From: the human T2T-CHM13v2.0 reference genome, Homo sapiens
Assembly (NCBI RefSeq): GCF_009914755.1
Contig: NC_060930.1
DNA: 64,000 nucleotides
Reading direction: 5' to 3' (one strand)
Shown here: positions 1 to 12,305 of the stretch, piece by piece
Layout of the letters: each line of letters starts with the position of its first letter
Numbering within the stretch: the first letter of the stretch is position 1
Program-made: the position numbers and the translations under genes
Notes under the pieces: generated by a model
The model's database searches: none
Told to the model about the DNA's origin: nothing
What the model saw: only the letters and a program-made list of their open reading frames with translations

Positions 1-81
1 GCTGTTTAAAGAATGAGTGAAGTTAATTAGAATAGTAGCCATTTAATCTACAAGGAAAGTCATACTTCACCGAGTGGTATG

Positions 82-606
82 TGCTGGATATAAAATGCTT
101 TAGGAATAAATGCTCGGTGCCATGAAGTGAAACCAGCACTCAGGCAAAAGATTAATTCTTTCAGCAAGGCAACTTACTTCTGCAGAAGGGTGCTACCTGT
201 GTCAATCAAGATTGCAAGAGCACACCAAACAAAGAAGACCAGGGGGTTTTTATCCTTAACGCAGTCCCTACTTCTGTGCCACTCCCCCATGGGCTGGGGT
301 CAGACTGAACAATCTGAGCTGACACGATTGGCTACTTATACATATTTTTCTAAATATAGAAGGGGAGGGGGACGTGAAGTACAAAGGTGGAGCGTGTGAG
401 ATGTGCAGTTTCAGGGGAACAATGGGTACAGGTAACCAAGGGAACAGATGTGAGTTATTGATTAGTGCTGAAGGGAAAGGGGTAGGCTGTTTTTTAGTAA
501 CTAGGGGCAGGAAGGAACAGGAAAGCTGAGTTTGAGAACAAAAGACAAGGAAGTTAGCAGGCTAAATCTTTGAAGAAAAACTCAGAGAAATTCATTGTAT
601 CTTACA
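82..606 (-). repeat. 3' LTR (LTR10-like)
   Basis: Direct repeat of 5339-5843. The minus strand reads TGTAAGATAC...TCCAGCA, with CCAAT (~327), a TATA-like GATAAAAA (~250) and an ATTAAT poly(A)-like hexamer (151-156). Confidence 0.93.
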
Positions 607-620
607 ATTCCTCCCTTTTA
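607..620 (-). other. Polypurine tract of the provirus
   Basis: Minus strand AAAAGGGAGGAAT immediately precedes the 3' LTR. Confidence 0.85.
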
Positions 621-649
621 AATTTTCTTATGATTCTTTCTCTTCAAAC

Positions 650-2540
650 TTTTTTTTAACATGTCTTGGCTTTGCTGTTCGATTTGATCTTCTCAAAAGA
701 AATGCTTACTTGAATAAGGTGTAGCAGAACTAAGGGAGGCTCTAGTAAGTGCTGTTTGTACAATCCTTTGTATTAGCACACGGATGCATGGTATGACACA
801 ACACCTAACAAGAATGAGTACACCTATTACGATTGCAAGAGAAATAAGAATTGAGGCTATGATTCCTTTTCATTTACCAAACCACTTTCCTAGCCATCCT
901 GGAATAGGGTCATTGATTCCAGAATTTTTAGCTAATTAATTGGATAAAGCGATAAGTCCTTGTAAAGCCTTTGTTATGCTCCCTTCGCACACAGTGTTGT
1001 TTGGGATGAAGGTACAACATTGGGTTTTAATCACCACACAAACTCCACCTTTTTCGGCTAACGACATGTCCAGAACTATTCTGTTTTCCCAAGCCATTTG
1101 GCTAGGAGGCCCTAATTGGTCAGCTACTACTTTGATAGCATCCCTAGCATAATTAATAAACCACTGCTGATTATAATAGATGTAATTTATCCAAGCTACA
1201 TTTTTAGTAATAGTTACCCATGGAAATACGGATTCAAATCCTGCAGCTATTTGGTCACGGGCTTTGAACATGTCAGGCACTCCTTGTGAGACTCCAATGG
1301 CATCTATGTACATTTGAGAGTCAAAAGACCCATAAAGGGCTTCTCTTATTTTTCAGTGTTGTGGTTTTTCTTTTTCTGGTTGATGAACTGCCAGGGTGAA
1401 AGGGACAGCCAACTGGACAAGAGCACAAGTGCCACTCCGGTTACTTGGCAGAGTGTCTAATAAGGGTCCACTGTAATACCTCCATCCATCCGTTCGAGGA
1501 TGACTAAGGGCAGACTGATGGGTAAGCTCTTGGAAGGGCTTAAGCTCACTGCATCCCGTTAAGCTTCCAAGGAACACCAAATTCTCCCCCTGTCCTGAGA
1601 GACATGAGGTGAAATTGACGTTGGGAGATAGAAGCTGAGTGGTGCTCAGAGGCTGACCCGCAGGGTGTTGGACTTTGGGATACAGCAGAGAGACAGCTTG
1701 GCATGATTTGTTGCCTCAGGCTGTGGAATCCTGGAAAAGAGCTACCATACAGCCCATGCCTGTTTATTGAAGGACCATCCTAGTGGAAAGGGGACAATCT
1801 GGGCCTCTGGTCTGCCATGTGCACAAGCATAACAATTTCTTTTGTTTAACGTGCGGACTGAATATTGAATCCATTCCAACCGGGCATTAACATCTTGATA
1901 TCCTGTTTCAATTGCTAGGGTTTGTCTTCAATCTTTTACTTCTACAATATTTATGTTGGCATTGTTGTTAGGTAGGGTAGAAGGTTCTGATGGAGAAGGA
2001 GAAGGGGGGTCAATAAAGCGTATTTTAAAGAAGACTGTAGGGTCATATCCATTGGCCTCTGCTCCTGAGCCGTAAAAGCATTCTAAAGGGGGTGCAGGGT
2101 TGGTGGAGGTTAAGGGTGTTAATAGAGATAGTTACCGGGTTACAATAGTCAAGTTGACAATTAGAGGAGTTGGTTCTTTTGGTGAGGCAGAGGTAAGATT
2201 TTAGGTCAGTACAGCCTTCTGGGGAGGTCCCAACGTGTTCTCTGGTAGTTAGGATGACATCTGCCCATTGAGAACATATCTCTCAACTTGGGGTGCCCTG
2301 GTACCCCCACCATGAGCAAGGTGTGGGGTCAGCAGCTTCTCTGAAGGGGCAGAGGTATTTTTCTAAGGTAGTGACATACCTTTGCCAGTATTCATCCTTC
2401 TCACAAGGTATAACAAGGCAAGCATCAAAGTTAATGATTTGGGGTGAGTCTAAATTAGTTACATTGATAACAAGGTCAGCAATAGAATGAGGAAAGAAGA
2501 AAGGGTAATAGAATAGATAAAAGAGGTTAGACTTTTCTTA
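650..2540 (-). pseudogene. env: Retroviral env, disrupted; TM ectodomain still open at 936-1313
   Basis: ORF 936..1313 has the ISD-like WENRIVLDMSLAEKGG followed by CX6CC (CVVIKTQCC). SU pieces: LPSNRSGTCALVQLAVPFTL (ORF 1353..1580) and LVINVT..FDACLVIPC near 2400-2480. Stops and frameshifts lie between these pieces. Confidence 0.9.
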
Positions 2541-2574
2541 ACCTTAGTTTGAGGGGGATTTTCCCTTGGATAAT

Positions 2575-2890
2575 GGTCCACAACTTGAGGAATGGTGTTG
2601 CTTTCTTGACTCGGGTGTGATGGCTCCATCTTTTCTTGCTGCCTGGACTGCGGTTTCAGTGGTGGGAAGTACTAGGCCGGCTCCTCAGGCTGGTGTTGAT
2701 GTACTGGGAACTCTAGGGGCAGCGCCTGTACTGGAAAATTTTGAGTTCTGAGGGAAGAGAAAGTGGAAGATAAACCAAGTATGTAGGAATGTTGGCAGTG
2801 GATTGTTTTGAGAGGTAGTTTGGAATAGGAAGATAGAAGACATTTGATCTCTGGCAACCAAGTCTCTAGACTTATTTGGCTGAGGGTATA
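2575..2890 (-). pseudogene. pol: pol remnant: integrase C-terminal region only
   Basis: Translations YILGLSSTFSSLRT..PLEFPVHQHQP and LVLPTTETAV..HHTRVKK resemble the gamma-like HERV-I integrase C-terminus. Confidence 0.75.
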
Positions 2891-4049
2891 AATTCCTATA
2901 CACTCATAAACTTTGAGTGTGCTATACATGGCTTGGGGTCTTTAATGGGTCCTCTAATGTAGGTGGGATAGGACTTCCTTCATAAGAGGTTTGAATAACA
3001 TTTCTCTGAGTTCTCTTTAGCGCCTACAGGAGAAATGGCAGCCAGTCCGGCTTTTCTGATTTGCTAGGTTATTTTCTTGACTCTTGAAAGACAGGCTTTT
3101 TGGTACCTGGAGACACAGACAATAGCTATTTTCTTTTCTGGTAACTGAAGGTTATTTAAGACTTACGTGATTAACTCCTCATAAACAAGGCTTTGACTTT
3201 TACTATTAATTCAGTCTGAAATTTTCTAAATATATGAATTACCACAGAGGCGTATTTAGAATTAGTATAGATGGTTCTTTCTGGGTCCTGCAGGTACTTT
3301 AAAGTTTGACTAAGTGCAGACAGCTTATAAATTTGAATAGACTAATTATTAAACACTTTGATTTTATTTCTCTAGGAACTTTTTTTTATTAATTACTGAA
3401 CACTTATTGTGTTCTTTTTCCCTTAATCACTTTTGAAGGGGGTTTTTCTTAAGTTTGGCCAGATGTTTGTATGGTACTCACTTAAATCTAAACATGTGTG
3501 CTTTCTTTTTAGATTTGGATCTCTTGTTAAGAAATGTGATAGGTTAAGTTCTTAGTAGTTAATGTTAAACCATCCTTTTTAACAGAATAGCTTCATACTT
3601 ATACATTTGTAATTTTTTTCTGGTGGCACATTTTAATATAAGTGACTTTAAAGAATCAAAGTTCTTTTCTGGTGGATACTTCCACCTTTAACACTGGACT
3701 GACCACAATAAATGCTAGTAGATATACCAGCTGAAAGATAGTTCTACTTCTTGCTCAGGAAACTTAGCTGCAGAGATGCCAAGCTGCTTGGAGCCTCAGC
3801 TGAAGCCCCGTATTACTTGGCGCTGGCAAAAGTAAGGCAGATGACCTATAATGTAGTCTGCTCGGGGCACAGGCTGTGGCCCAGGCTGTGTGTCCTGTAG
3901 AGCCACCGTCAATATGGTGCTGGGACCCTGGACCAGCTGGTGGGGCAGGAGCATGGACTTTGGCTGCCGTGGAGGTGCACTATGGGCCGTACAACTCTGA
4001 CAACATGTTGCGGCGGATCCTTGATGACAAAAGCCACCTGGCAACTTAG

Positions 4050-4625
4050 GAGCTTGGAGTCCTTTTGAGGAGGGGGACTTAGGCTGGGGAAGAACAGACT
4101 TATGGAGTGATACCTGAGGGGAAGGGGGGGGTGTATTAGGTGGGGGATGGTCTAGGGGATCCTGTGTGCTGTTCTTTTTGCTAGGATCCCCTAAGCCCCT
4201 TCCTTCACTGTCTTTTTCATTCAAGATGATTCTGTCCTTAATGGGGCGCATGTACAACTAATTTTCCTCCAAAGATTAGTTTTTGACTTGCTCCTTTCAA
4301 TCCTTGGAGGAGGGGAAAGGACAAGGCCTTGCCACCAACATAGGGCATAATCTATTTCCTCTTGGGAGGCAGGTCTTCTACTAGCAACATTTTCTATTAG
4401 AAGTTCACAAATCCATTCCTCATTCAACCCAAATTCTGGCCAGAAAACTAAGGGTTCAAGGATTGATCCTTGAGTCCAATTGGAACAGCAGTATTTTATC
4501 ATTTGTTGCTCTTCTTATGTTTAATATTTTAATTATCTTTCTAATGTTTTAACACGAGACCTAGGGGACTATCAGGAGGTATCTTTGTTGCTAACTTTAT
4601 CTTTTTTGCTTGTAATATTTCCCAT
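4050..4625 (-). pseudogene. gag: gag N-terminus (MA plus proline-rich region), disrupted and truncated
   Basis: ATG GGA AAT (MGN, myristoylation-type start) at 4625. IKYCC..W....VFWPEFG..EEWICELL..V..QEEIDYALCW in ORF 4221..4502, then a DPLDHPPP proline-rich stretch. Confidence 0.8.
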
Positions 4626-5316
4626 CCAGGGCCCTGCCTAGGCTCAGTTCCTCGTATTAGGAATCTCTTGCCTAGTGGGAGCTTGCTGTGGCTCAACCCC
4701 TCATGTTAGGGATCTCCGGCCTATTTGGGGGGTTCCTTGTTGCTTAACCCTTCATATTCGGTGGTCTCTTGCCTATCCTCCACTGGAAGCTTTGCTAAGG
4801 CTCAATTCGTCTATCCTTTAGCTCCACCTGCTGGAGTCTTCTTGCATCCTTCTTTTGCTTTGTCTGCTCTGACTGCTTTCCTCGCGGGAATATTGCAGGT
4901 CCCTCTTAGCATTGATGGCAGGTCAGAATAAACCCCTGAAGGGACCCCCTGAAGGGCCACCCTAAGCCTTATGAAGTGACCTCGGAACCGCAGATTAGAC
5001 TCACTCACTCCGTACAGCAGTAGTGCTTGTTATCATTCATGCACTCAGCCTCCAGAATGCCCCACCCCCCACCCCTAACCACCAAGGAAGTGCTTTGTTG
5101 CCCCTGTGACGTTTCCTACATTCTGTCTGAGCACAGAGTTTACCTGGTTGCTGTGGTATTGCAACCCTCTCCTCCCCGCATCGCTGAGAGTCCGGGTTCA
5201 TTTGTCTCAACGGGGGGGTCTCAATCTCTTGTACCTGAGGCCACTGCAACGGGGCAGTGGGACGCCATCTCCTCTGGGTAGGGTGATGGAAGACCCCTTT
5301 CAGAAAGAGAATGGGG

Positions 5317-5334
5317 ATCTCGGACGAGCCCCCA
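5317..5334 (-). other. Primer binding site for tRNA-Pro
   Basis: Plus strand ATCTCGGACGAGCCCCCA matches the tRNA-Pro 3' end ATCCCGGACGAGCCCCCA at 17/18, 4 nt inside the 5' LTR. Confidence 0.9.
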
Positions 5335-5338
5335 GAAT

Positions 5339-5843
5339 TGTTGGATATAAAATGCTTTAGGAATAAATGCTTGATGCCGTGAAGTGAAACCAGCACTCAG
5401 CAAGGCAATTTACTTCTGCAGAAGGGTGCTACCTGCATCAATCAAGATCTCACGAGCACACTGAACAAAGACGACCAGGGGCTTTTTTTATTCTTAACAT
5501 AGTCCCTACCTCTGTGTCACTCCCCCATCAGCTGGGTCGGACCACACAATCTGAGCTGACCCGATTGGCAACTTGTACATATTTTTCTAAATATAGAAGG
5601 GGACGGGGATGTGAGGTACAGAGGTGGACCGTGTGAGATGTGCAGTTTCAGGGGAACAATGACTACAGGTAACCAAGGGAACAGATGTGAGTTATTGATT
5701 AGAGCTGACAGGAAAGGGGTAGGCTGTTTGACAGTAACTAGGGGCAAGGAGGAACAGGAAAGTTGAGTTTGAGAACAAAAGACAAGGAAGTTAGCAGGCT
5801 AAATCCCTGAAGAGAAACTCAGAGAAATTCACTGTGTCTTACA
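5339..5843 (-). repeat. 5' LTR (LTR10-like)
   Basis: Homologous to 82-606 (roughly 10% divergent by eye, plus a 21 bp deletion); adjacent to the PBS. Confidence 0.93.
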
Positions 5844-6692
5844 TATGTAAACCCATCTTCAGCAGCTTCATGCGTTATGTAGTTTTTAGCAGATATGCCC
5901 TCTTAGAATAACTACTCGCTTTGGAAGTAGACACTTGTGCTTTCTCAGCAGATTTTGTCATCTACCTTTCATGGGGTCATGAATATTACTATGGCCCCAT
6001 CACGGATGGTATATATTGGCAAAAAATATATATTTTGCAAGTTACACTCTTACCACTTTACTTTTTCAACATAAGTTCAAGTCTTACTTTTTAAGTAAAC
6101 GTGCACTTTCACCTTTTGAGCTCATTGCTGCTATAGGGTTTATTGTAAAATTTTAAAAGTATAACCTAACATTAGAAAAGTAAATAGCTATAGCTCCTAC
6201 TGTAAAACAGTCATCCACTATAATAAGAGCCCTCTGACTATCTCTATAGGCAGGACTGCTTGGCCTCTGTTTCCTATCTCACATGTTTCTTTTTGACCTT
6301 ATCAGGTGGTAGCCTCAAGCCCTTGGCTATTTCACAGGACATGAACAAGTGACTGACAGGAGCAACAGCAACGAATATGTCTCACTACCACTGAAGCCAG
6401 TTAGCTGGTCCTGGTCACTTGTGTCTTTACACAGTTTATTAGAAGCCCACTCCATGCTGTCTAGAAAGGGAATATTACATATATTCTAGAATCAGCTGGG
6501 AAAGGAGGATTGGGTTATCTATTACTGCTCAACTTTCAGATGTAACTACCCGTTTATGTGTGAACTTACACCTATATTTATGCACTACAGATGTCACAAC
6601 AGAAGATAGAAGTACAAAATGGGGGGTCTTCCTATTCCTGCTCATTTTCATGCAACTATGAATGATGATAGTACATTGTTTAAAAAGTTACT

Positions 6693-7021
<329 letters not shown>

Positions 7022-7189
7022 TCAATAGATGTAACAGGAGCTGTCCTGGGCAAGCTGGGATGTGTGGTTTCCATACTTGCAAGTCACTTTGCCAACTCTA
7101 TCCACTCTGCTTGAACTCTAAATATTGGAGTGCTCTGCTGGGTACTGGGACCCCTTGACTTCTCCCTGGTTGCTCTCACTTTGACTGAT

Positions 7190-8845
7190 ACTGAAACTCT
7201 CAAATCTGTATCTCTACTCCCTAAAAATTAAGACTTAAATACCCTACAACCTACTTATATCTCTGCTTAGATATCTAGTGAAATCATCTTACACAGCTCT
7301 ATGTGTCTCTGAGTAATGAAACACTCAAAACTTAGTGGTGTAAAACCATAACGATTTCATTATGTCCAAGGATTCAGTGGGTAAGAAATTTGGACAGGTC
7401 AGAGCAAGATTTGTTTATTTCTGTTCTGTGATGTCTGGGGCCTCGGCTGGAAAAACTCAAACAGCCAGGGTGACTTGAATGGCTGGGGACTAGACTTATC
7501 TGGAGGTTTCACTCTCATGTTTGGCGTCTGGGCTGGGATGTCTAAAAAGCTGGGCTCAGCTAAAACTGTCAACCAGACCACCTATATGGGGCTTCTTCAT
7601 GCGGCTTGGGCATCTTTTTGTGGCAACTGGGCTCTAAGAGAGGCCCAAGAGGGACCATCCTGAGAGCAAGTGTTTCTCTGCAAAGCTTCCTCTGACCTAT
7701 CCTTGAAAGTTAGGCAGCATCACTGCCACAGCCTTCTACTGGATATAAGCAAGTCTCTAAGGCCAATGCAGATTTATAGGAAAGGGATGCGACTACACCT
7801 CTTGATGGGTGAACAGCAAGGTCACATTGCAGAGGAGCATTCTGGCCACTTTGGAATATACAACCTGCCATACACCCCTAATATGGCTAAAACAGAACTC
7901 TATTTCTAATTCACTCATTTCCTTGAATAAATAAAACCACATCTGCCCAATTGCTACAAACTCCAAACCTAGGAATTATTCTTGCTTCCTCTCTTTCTTG
8001 CACACCCCACATTTAATGCACCATCACCACATCATCTCAACTCTACTTCCAATGCATCTCTCAAATACGTTCACTTCTCTGCATCCCTGCCACCACCACC
8101 CTGTGGCAAGCCACCACCGTTTCTCACCTAAACCACTGCAATAGCCCAGGAACTGATCTCCTGGTTTCTATTCTTGTTCCCTATAATCTATGTGCTACAC
8201 AATAGAGAGATTAATACATTTAAAATGTAAATTAGATCATACCACTCCCCTGCATAAAACCTTACTCAGAAGTTAGAATAAAACCCAGATAAATGCCTTC
8301 CCCTGGCTTTGACAGTCTTACATGATCTGGCCTCAGGTCTTGACTCCAGCTTCATCTGGTCACCATTTGACCTATCATCTACTCAGTCTCACTCGTATTC
8401 ACTTTCTTTCCATTTCTCAAATACTCTCAAGGGCTTTATCTCCGCTGTTTCATTTTCCTGGAATATTCGCTGCATTTTGCATGCTGGCCTATTGTCATTT
8501 AAGTCAGTTTAAATGTCACTTCCTTGTGGCATATCCAATCTCTTAATATAAAAGTAGCCTATCAGATCACTGCCCTATTCCCTAATTTATTTCACTAATT
8601 TAAAACACAATAAGATATAGCAATGTGACACGTAACTTTCTCGTCCATGATAATGAATAAAAAGGCTATAGTTGTATTTTTTACTATTCACATTTTCTTA
8701 ATTATAGTTCTTTCCTTATTATCAGACACTCCTGTATTCCCCCTTAAAATGACAGCTTCCTAGGAACAGATGCCTTCTCTGCAGACCAGTTCCTGGAAAA
8801 CCTGCTAACACATCATAGGAGTACAATATTTGCTAGATGATTTGT
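7190..8845 (+). mobile_element. L2 3' region, interrupted by an MLT1 LTR
   Basis: L2-like pyrimidine-rich motifs (caagccaccaccgtttctcacctaaaccactgcaatagcc; aaatgtcacttcct). Boundaries approximate. Confidence 0.65.
7290..7872 (-). mobile_element. MaLR LTR (MLT1 family)
   Basis: Minus strand starts TGTATGGCAGGTTGTATATTCCAAAGTGGCC; typical MLT1 body. Confidence 0.7.
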
Positions 8846-9523
8846 TGCCTGAAAGTGCTGGTTAACTTACCCATTGCACAGTAAGTGACAAATACATTTC
8901 TTTTATAATAATAACCTTATTATTTTAGGTTCCTTAATTTGCTAATAAAGGAACTGAAGCCAGAATGGTCATTTGTCCAGTGTTACAAAGATAGTTGGCA
9001 ACATCTTTATGACTAGATTACCTTAATTGCTAAAAACAAAAGTACTGCTTTCATACTAAGAAATGAATCTTTTAAAGTCATCTTTTGTTGAGCACCCACT
9101 TCATAAATGAGCTGAAGCTGTGATATCTAATTGTAATACTTACTGGCAGTGTGGCACTGGGCAAGCCATGTGGGAGTGTAAAGTCTGGGATTTCTCATTA
9201 GGAGACTTCTAAGGACCCTTCCAATAATAAGGATTCAATGACACTATATAGAGACATTCATTTCTTGGGACCTCCCTCACAGGGAAAGCTGAACATGTTA
9301 CGGGAATGAAAACATCCCTCCCTTACTTTTGTCCATCTTATTTTATCATTCCGTCTCTAATTATAGAATACCATACTTGCACTCCATGGGTGAATGTCCA
9401 AGATCAGAAACACATCCTGAAGCAGCACTTTCCTTGGAATACGTGTGACTCCATGAAAAAAGGTCAAATATGATTGGGAAATGCCAAGACCATTCACAGG
9501 CACACTAATATTAAAGGATTTGA

Positions 9524-9892
<369 letters not shown>

Positions 9893-10047
9893 TAATCCAC
9901 AATGTTGCCTTAGAGGTTATGATGTATTGAGGTAGAACCAGGTGATTTTCAGGGAATAACTGATTCATGGGCAAGGTTTCCCAAATTCAGTAAGGTGCAA
10001 ATATGTGACATTTTAATTTCTAGATCATGATTTTAAAATATTTTAAA

Positions 10048-10582
10048 TGTGATTGCAAAAATAGCCTCAATTCTTCACTCTGCCCTATACTTCACCTATG
10101 TTCTTAACAATGTGATTTTCCAGCTCCTCCTATTAAAAGGTGGAGTCTATTTCCCTGCCTCTGTAATCTGGAATGACCTTATGACTTGCTTTGACCAATT
10201 AAACACAGCATAAGGGACCTTTTGACAGTTGTGCTTGGACCTTAATATGTCTTCCATGCTACTTCTGGATCGTTGTCACTCTCTGAATGAGCCTGGGCTA
10301 GCCCTCTGCATGATGTGAGACAATGTGGCTTGGCCATCCTCATTACTCCAACCAACAGCCAGCCAATCACTGGACATGTAAGCAACACCAACCTAGACTA
10401 AGCCAGCCCACTGAACCACCAGCTGACCACAGATGAATAAGCCCTGCCAAGATCAGCTGAGCCAGCCCAGACAGCAGAACTATCAGCTAACCTGAATACT
10501 TGTAAGCATTAATGCATGGTAGTTGTTTTAAGTCATAATGTTTTGGAGGGGTTTGTTATTCAGGAATTCAATGCTTGATGCA
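10048..10582 (+). mobile_element. MaLR LTR (MLT1 family)
   Basis: ctcctcctattaaaaggtggagtctatttccct...tgacttgctttgaccaat and a tttgttat..gca 3' end. Confidence 0.7.
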
Positions 10583-10609
10583 CAAGGTGAAACTCATGTT
10601 TACTTTCTT

Positions 10610-10687
10610 TCTTAGTCCATTTTTGCTGCCATAATAGAATAACACAGATTGGCTAATATATAAGGAACAGAAATGTATTGGTTCACA
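10610..10687 (-). mobile_element. MST-like LTR terminal fragment
   Basis: tcttagtccatttttgctgccataatagaataacacagattggctaat..aacagaaatgtattggttcaca; similarity stops at a fold-back. Confidence 0.65.
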
Positions 10688-11934
10688 ATACATTTCTGTT
10701 CATTAGTTAATATGAATAAATTATGTATCATAGTTATTATGAATGAATTATGTATCATAGTTTAAAAAAACAAAAAAGCTGTCTTACTCTCTTAACAATT
10801 TGTAACTGAAAAGAGTTTAGAAAAAAAGAAAGGAAAAAAATTCTAGAGAACTATTAAAAATACTGGAAATGAAGCAGCAAATAGAATACAAATATGTTTA
10901 ACAGCAAAACTTGCTTTTTCTTTATATGGGAAAACATAGAACAATAAATCTACTGCATGCTTATGCTCCCTGGGAAACAACAACAATAACAAAACATAGT
11001 GGCCCTAGAAACAAAGAGAAATGATACTGATGGCAGACAGTTGGAAATTAATAATTTTCCTGATCTGCACTCAGGTTTCTCATGCTCCTGGGATACAGGC
11101 GGGTGGCCCTTTCAGTGTGTGCACCCCCGGGATTAACATCTGTGTGAACATGGCAATAGAAGAAGGCAGAGTAGATGAATTCCTGAATTGTTCTTACTGA
11201 CACTCACAGATATGTTTCCTTGGATGATTGCAGTTCACAGGTGCAGTGGCCACACACTAATTGAAAGAATTATTTTCTTAACATTCAGTGTCATCTGCAA
11301 AGACTTTTGTGAAGAGCATAATTGTTTCAACCAGCTGCTAGGAGCTGTTTTTATTAATTTTTTAAAAAATCAAACGCCAAAGCAGGGGATATTTGTAATA
11401 TTTCCCCTCTACATTCTTTTAGGGGAATAAACGAAAAACAACAGCCCACAGCTCTATGAGGCTAAGACCTTTGAAGACCAAAGATTTGGGTTCCATAAAC
11501 AGTGACATCAAAAATGTGTCCTTTTCCTCTCTATTTTTATTCTCACCCCACGATAGGCTATCTTGTGTACAGCATTGCTGGGGAGACACCTGCTGGGATC
11601 AGTGAAGCCCAGAGTAGGTCCACGGAGAGTCCATGCACTCTCACTGCCTGATAAAGTTCATCCCAAATTTCCACTGCATATGCTCCTTTAAAGTAGAGAA
11701 GATGCTTTAGGTTTCATGATTTCTGTTATTTGAGTGGCTGCCAAATCAATCTCTAAGGCACTGACCCTAATAATGAAAAAATATCCTTATGGAGTCAAAT
11801 CTCTAATGTGTAAGACTTCCCAAATTTTCCCAAAGGCAACCTGTAAATCACTCTGAACCTAAATGTCACTGCAGTGTCATACTCCTTTCTTTTAATGATT
11901 TGCCTTCCCCTTTTTAAGTTTCTCAAGAGGCAAG

Positions 11935-12266
11935 TGTCTTGGTATGAGCTGCTATAACAAAGTACCATAGCTTATAAACAGAAGTTTATTTCTTGCAGTT
12001 CTGGAGGCTGGAAGTCTAATATCAGGGTGGCAGTATGGTTGGGTAACAGTGAGGGCCCTCTTCTGAGTTGCATACTGATAACTTCTTGTATCTTTACATG
12101 GTGGAAAGAAAGTTAAGAAGGCTCTCTATTAGTGCCCTTTTATAAAGGCGCTAGTTCTATTTCTGGAGGCCCCACCCTTGTGAAAGCTATACCTCCTAAT
12201 ATATTGGGGGTTAGGATTTTAACACAAGATTTTTTGGGGGACACAAACATTCAGTCCATTGTGGCA
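11935..12266 (-). mobile_element. MLT1A-like LTR
   Basis: gctgctataacaaagtaccatag..gttctggaggctggaagtc..ggggacacaaacattcagtccat. Confidence 0.8.

Positions 12267-12267
<1 letters not shown>

Positions 12268-12303
<36 letters not shown>
12268..12303. repeat. poly(T) tract
   Basis: Run of about 35 T. Confidence 0.95.

Positions 12304-12305
<2 letters not shown>

Larger units (their letters stand above)
82..5843 (-). mobile_element. ERV1 provirus, HERV-I/HERV-IP10 (LTR10)-like, internally deleted and non-autonomous
   Basis: Two homologous ~0.5 kb LTRs (82-606, 5339-5843) with TG...CA ends. 4 bp TSD TATG at 78-81 and 5844-5847. PBS-Pro, PPT, and gag, IN and env remnants all on the minus strand. 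Confidence 0.93.

Noticed and set aside
4153-4193. 11 bp inverted repeat TAGGGGATCCT / AGGATCCCCTA in gag
   Set aside because: Cannot separate it from chance or a family feature without the consensus.
3796-4257. 153 aa minus-strand ORF as a novel ERV accessory gene
   Set aside because: A chance fusion of the gag proline-rich frame with the antisense of the GC-rich cassette; no motif support.
5317-5334. tRNA-Pro-like sequence as a tRNA gene
   Set aside because: Only the 18 nt 3' end is present, next to an LTR; it is the primer binding site.
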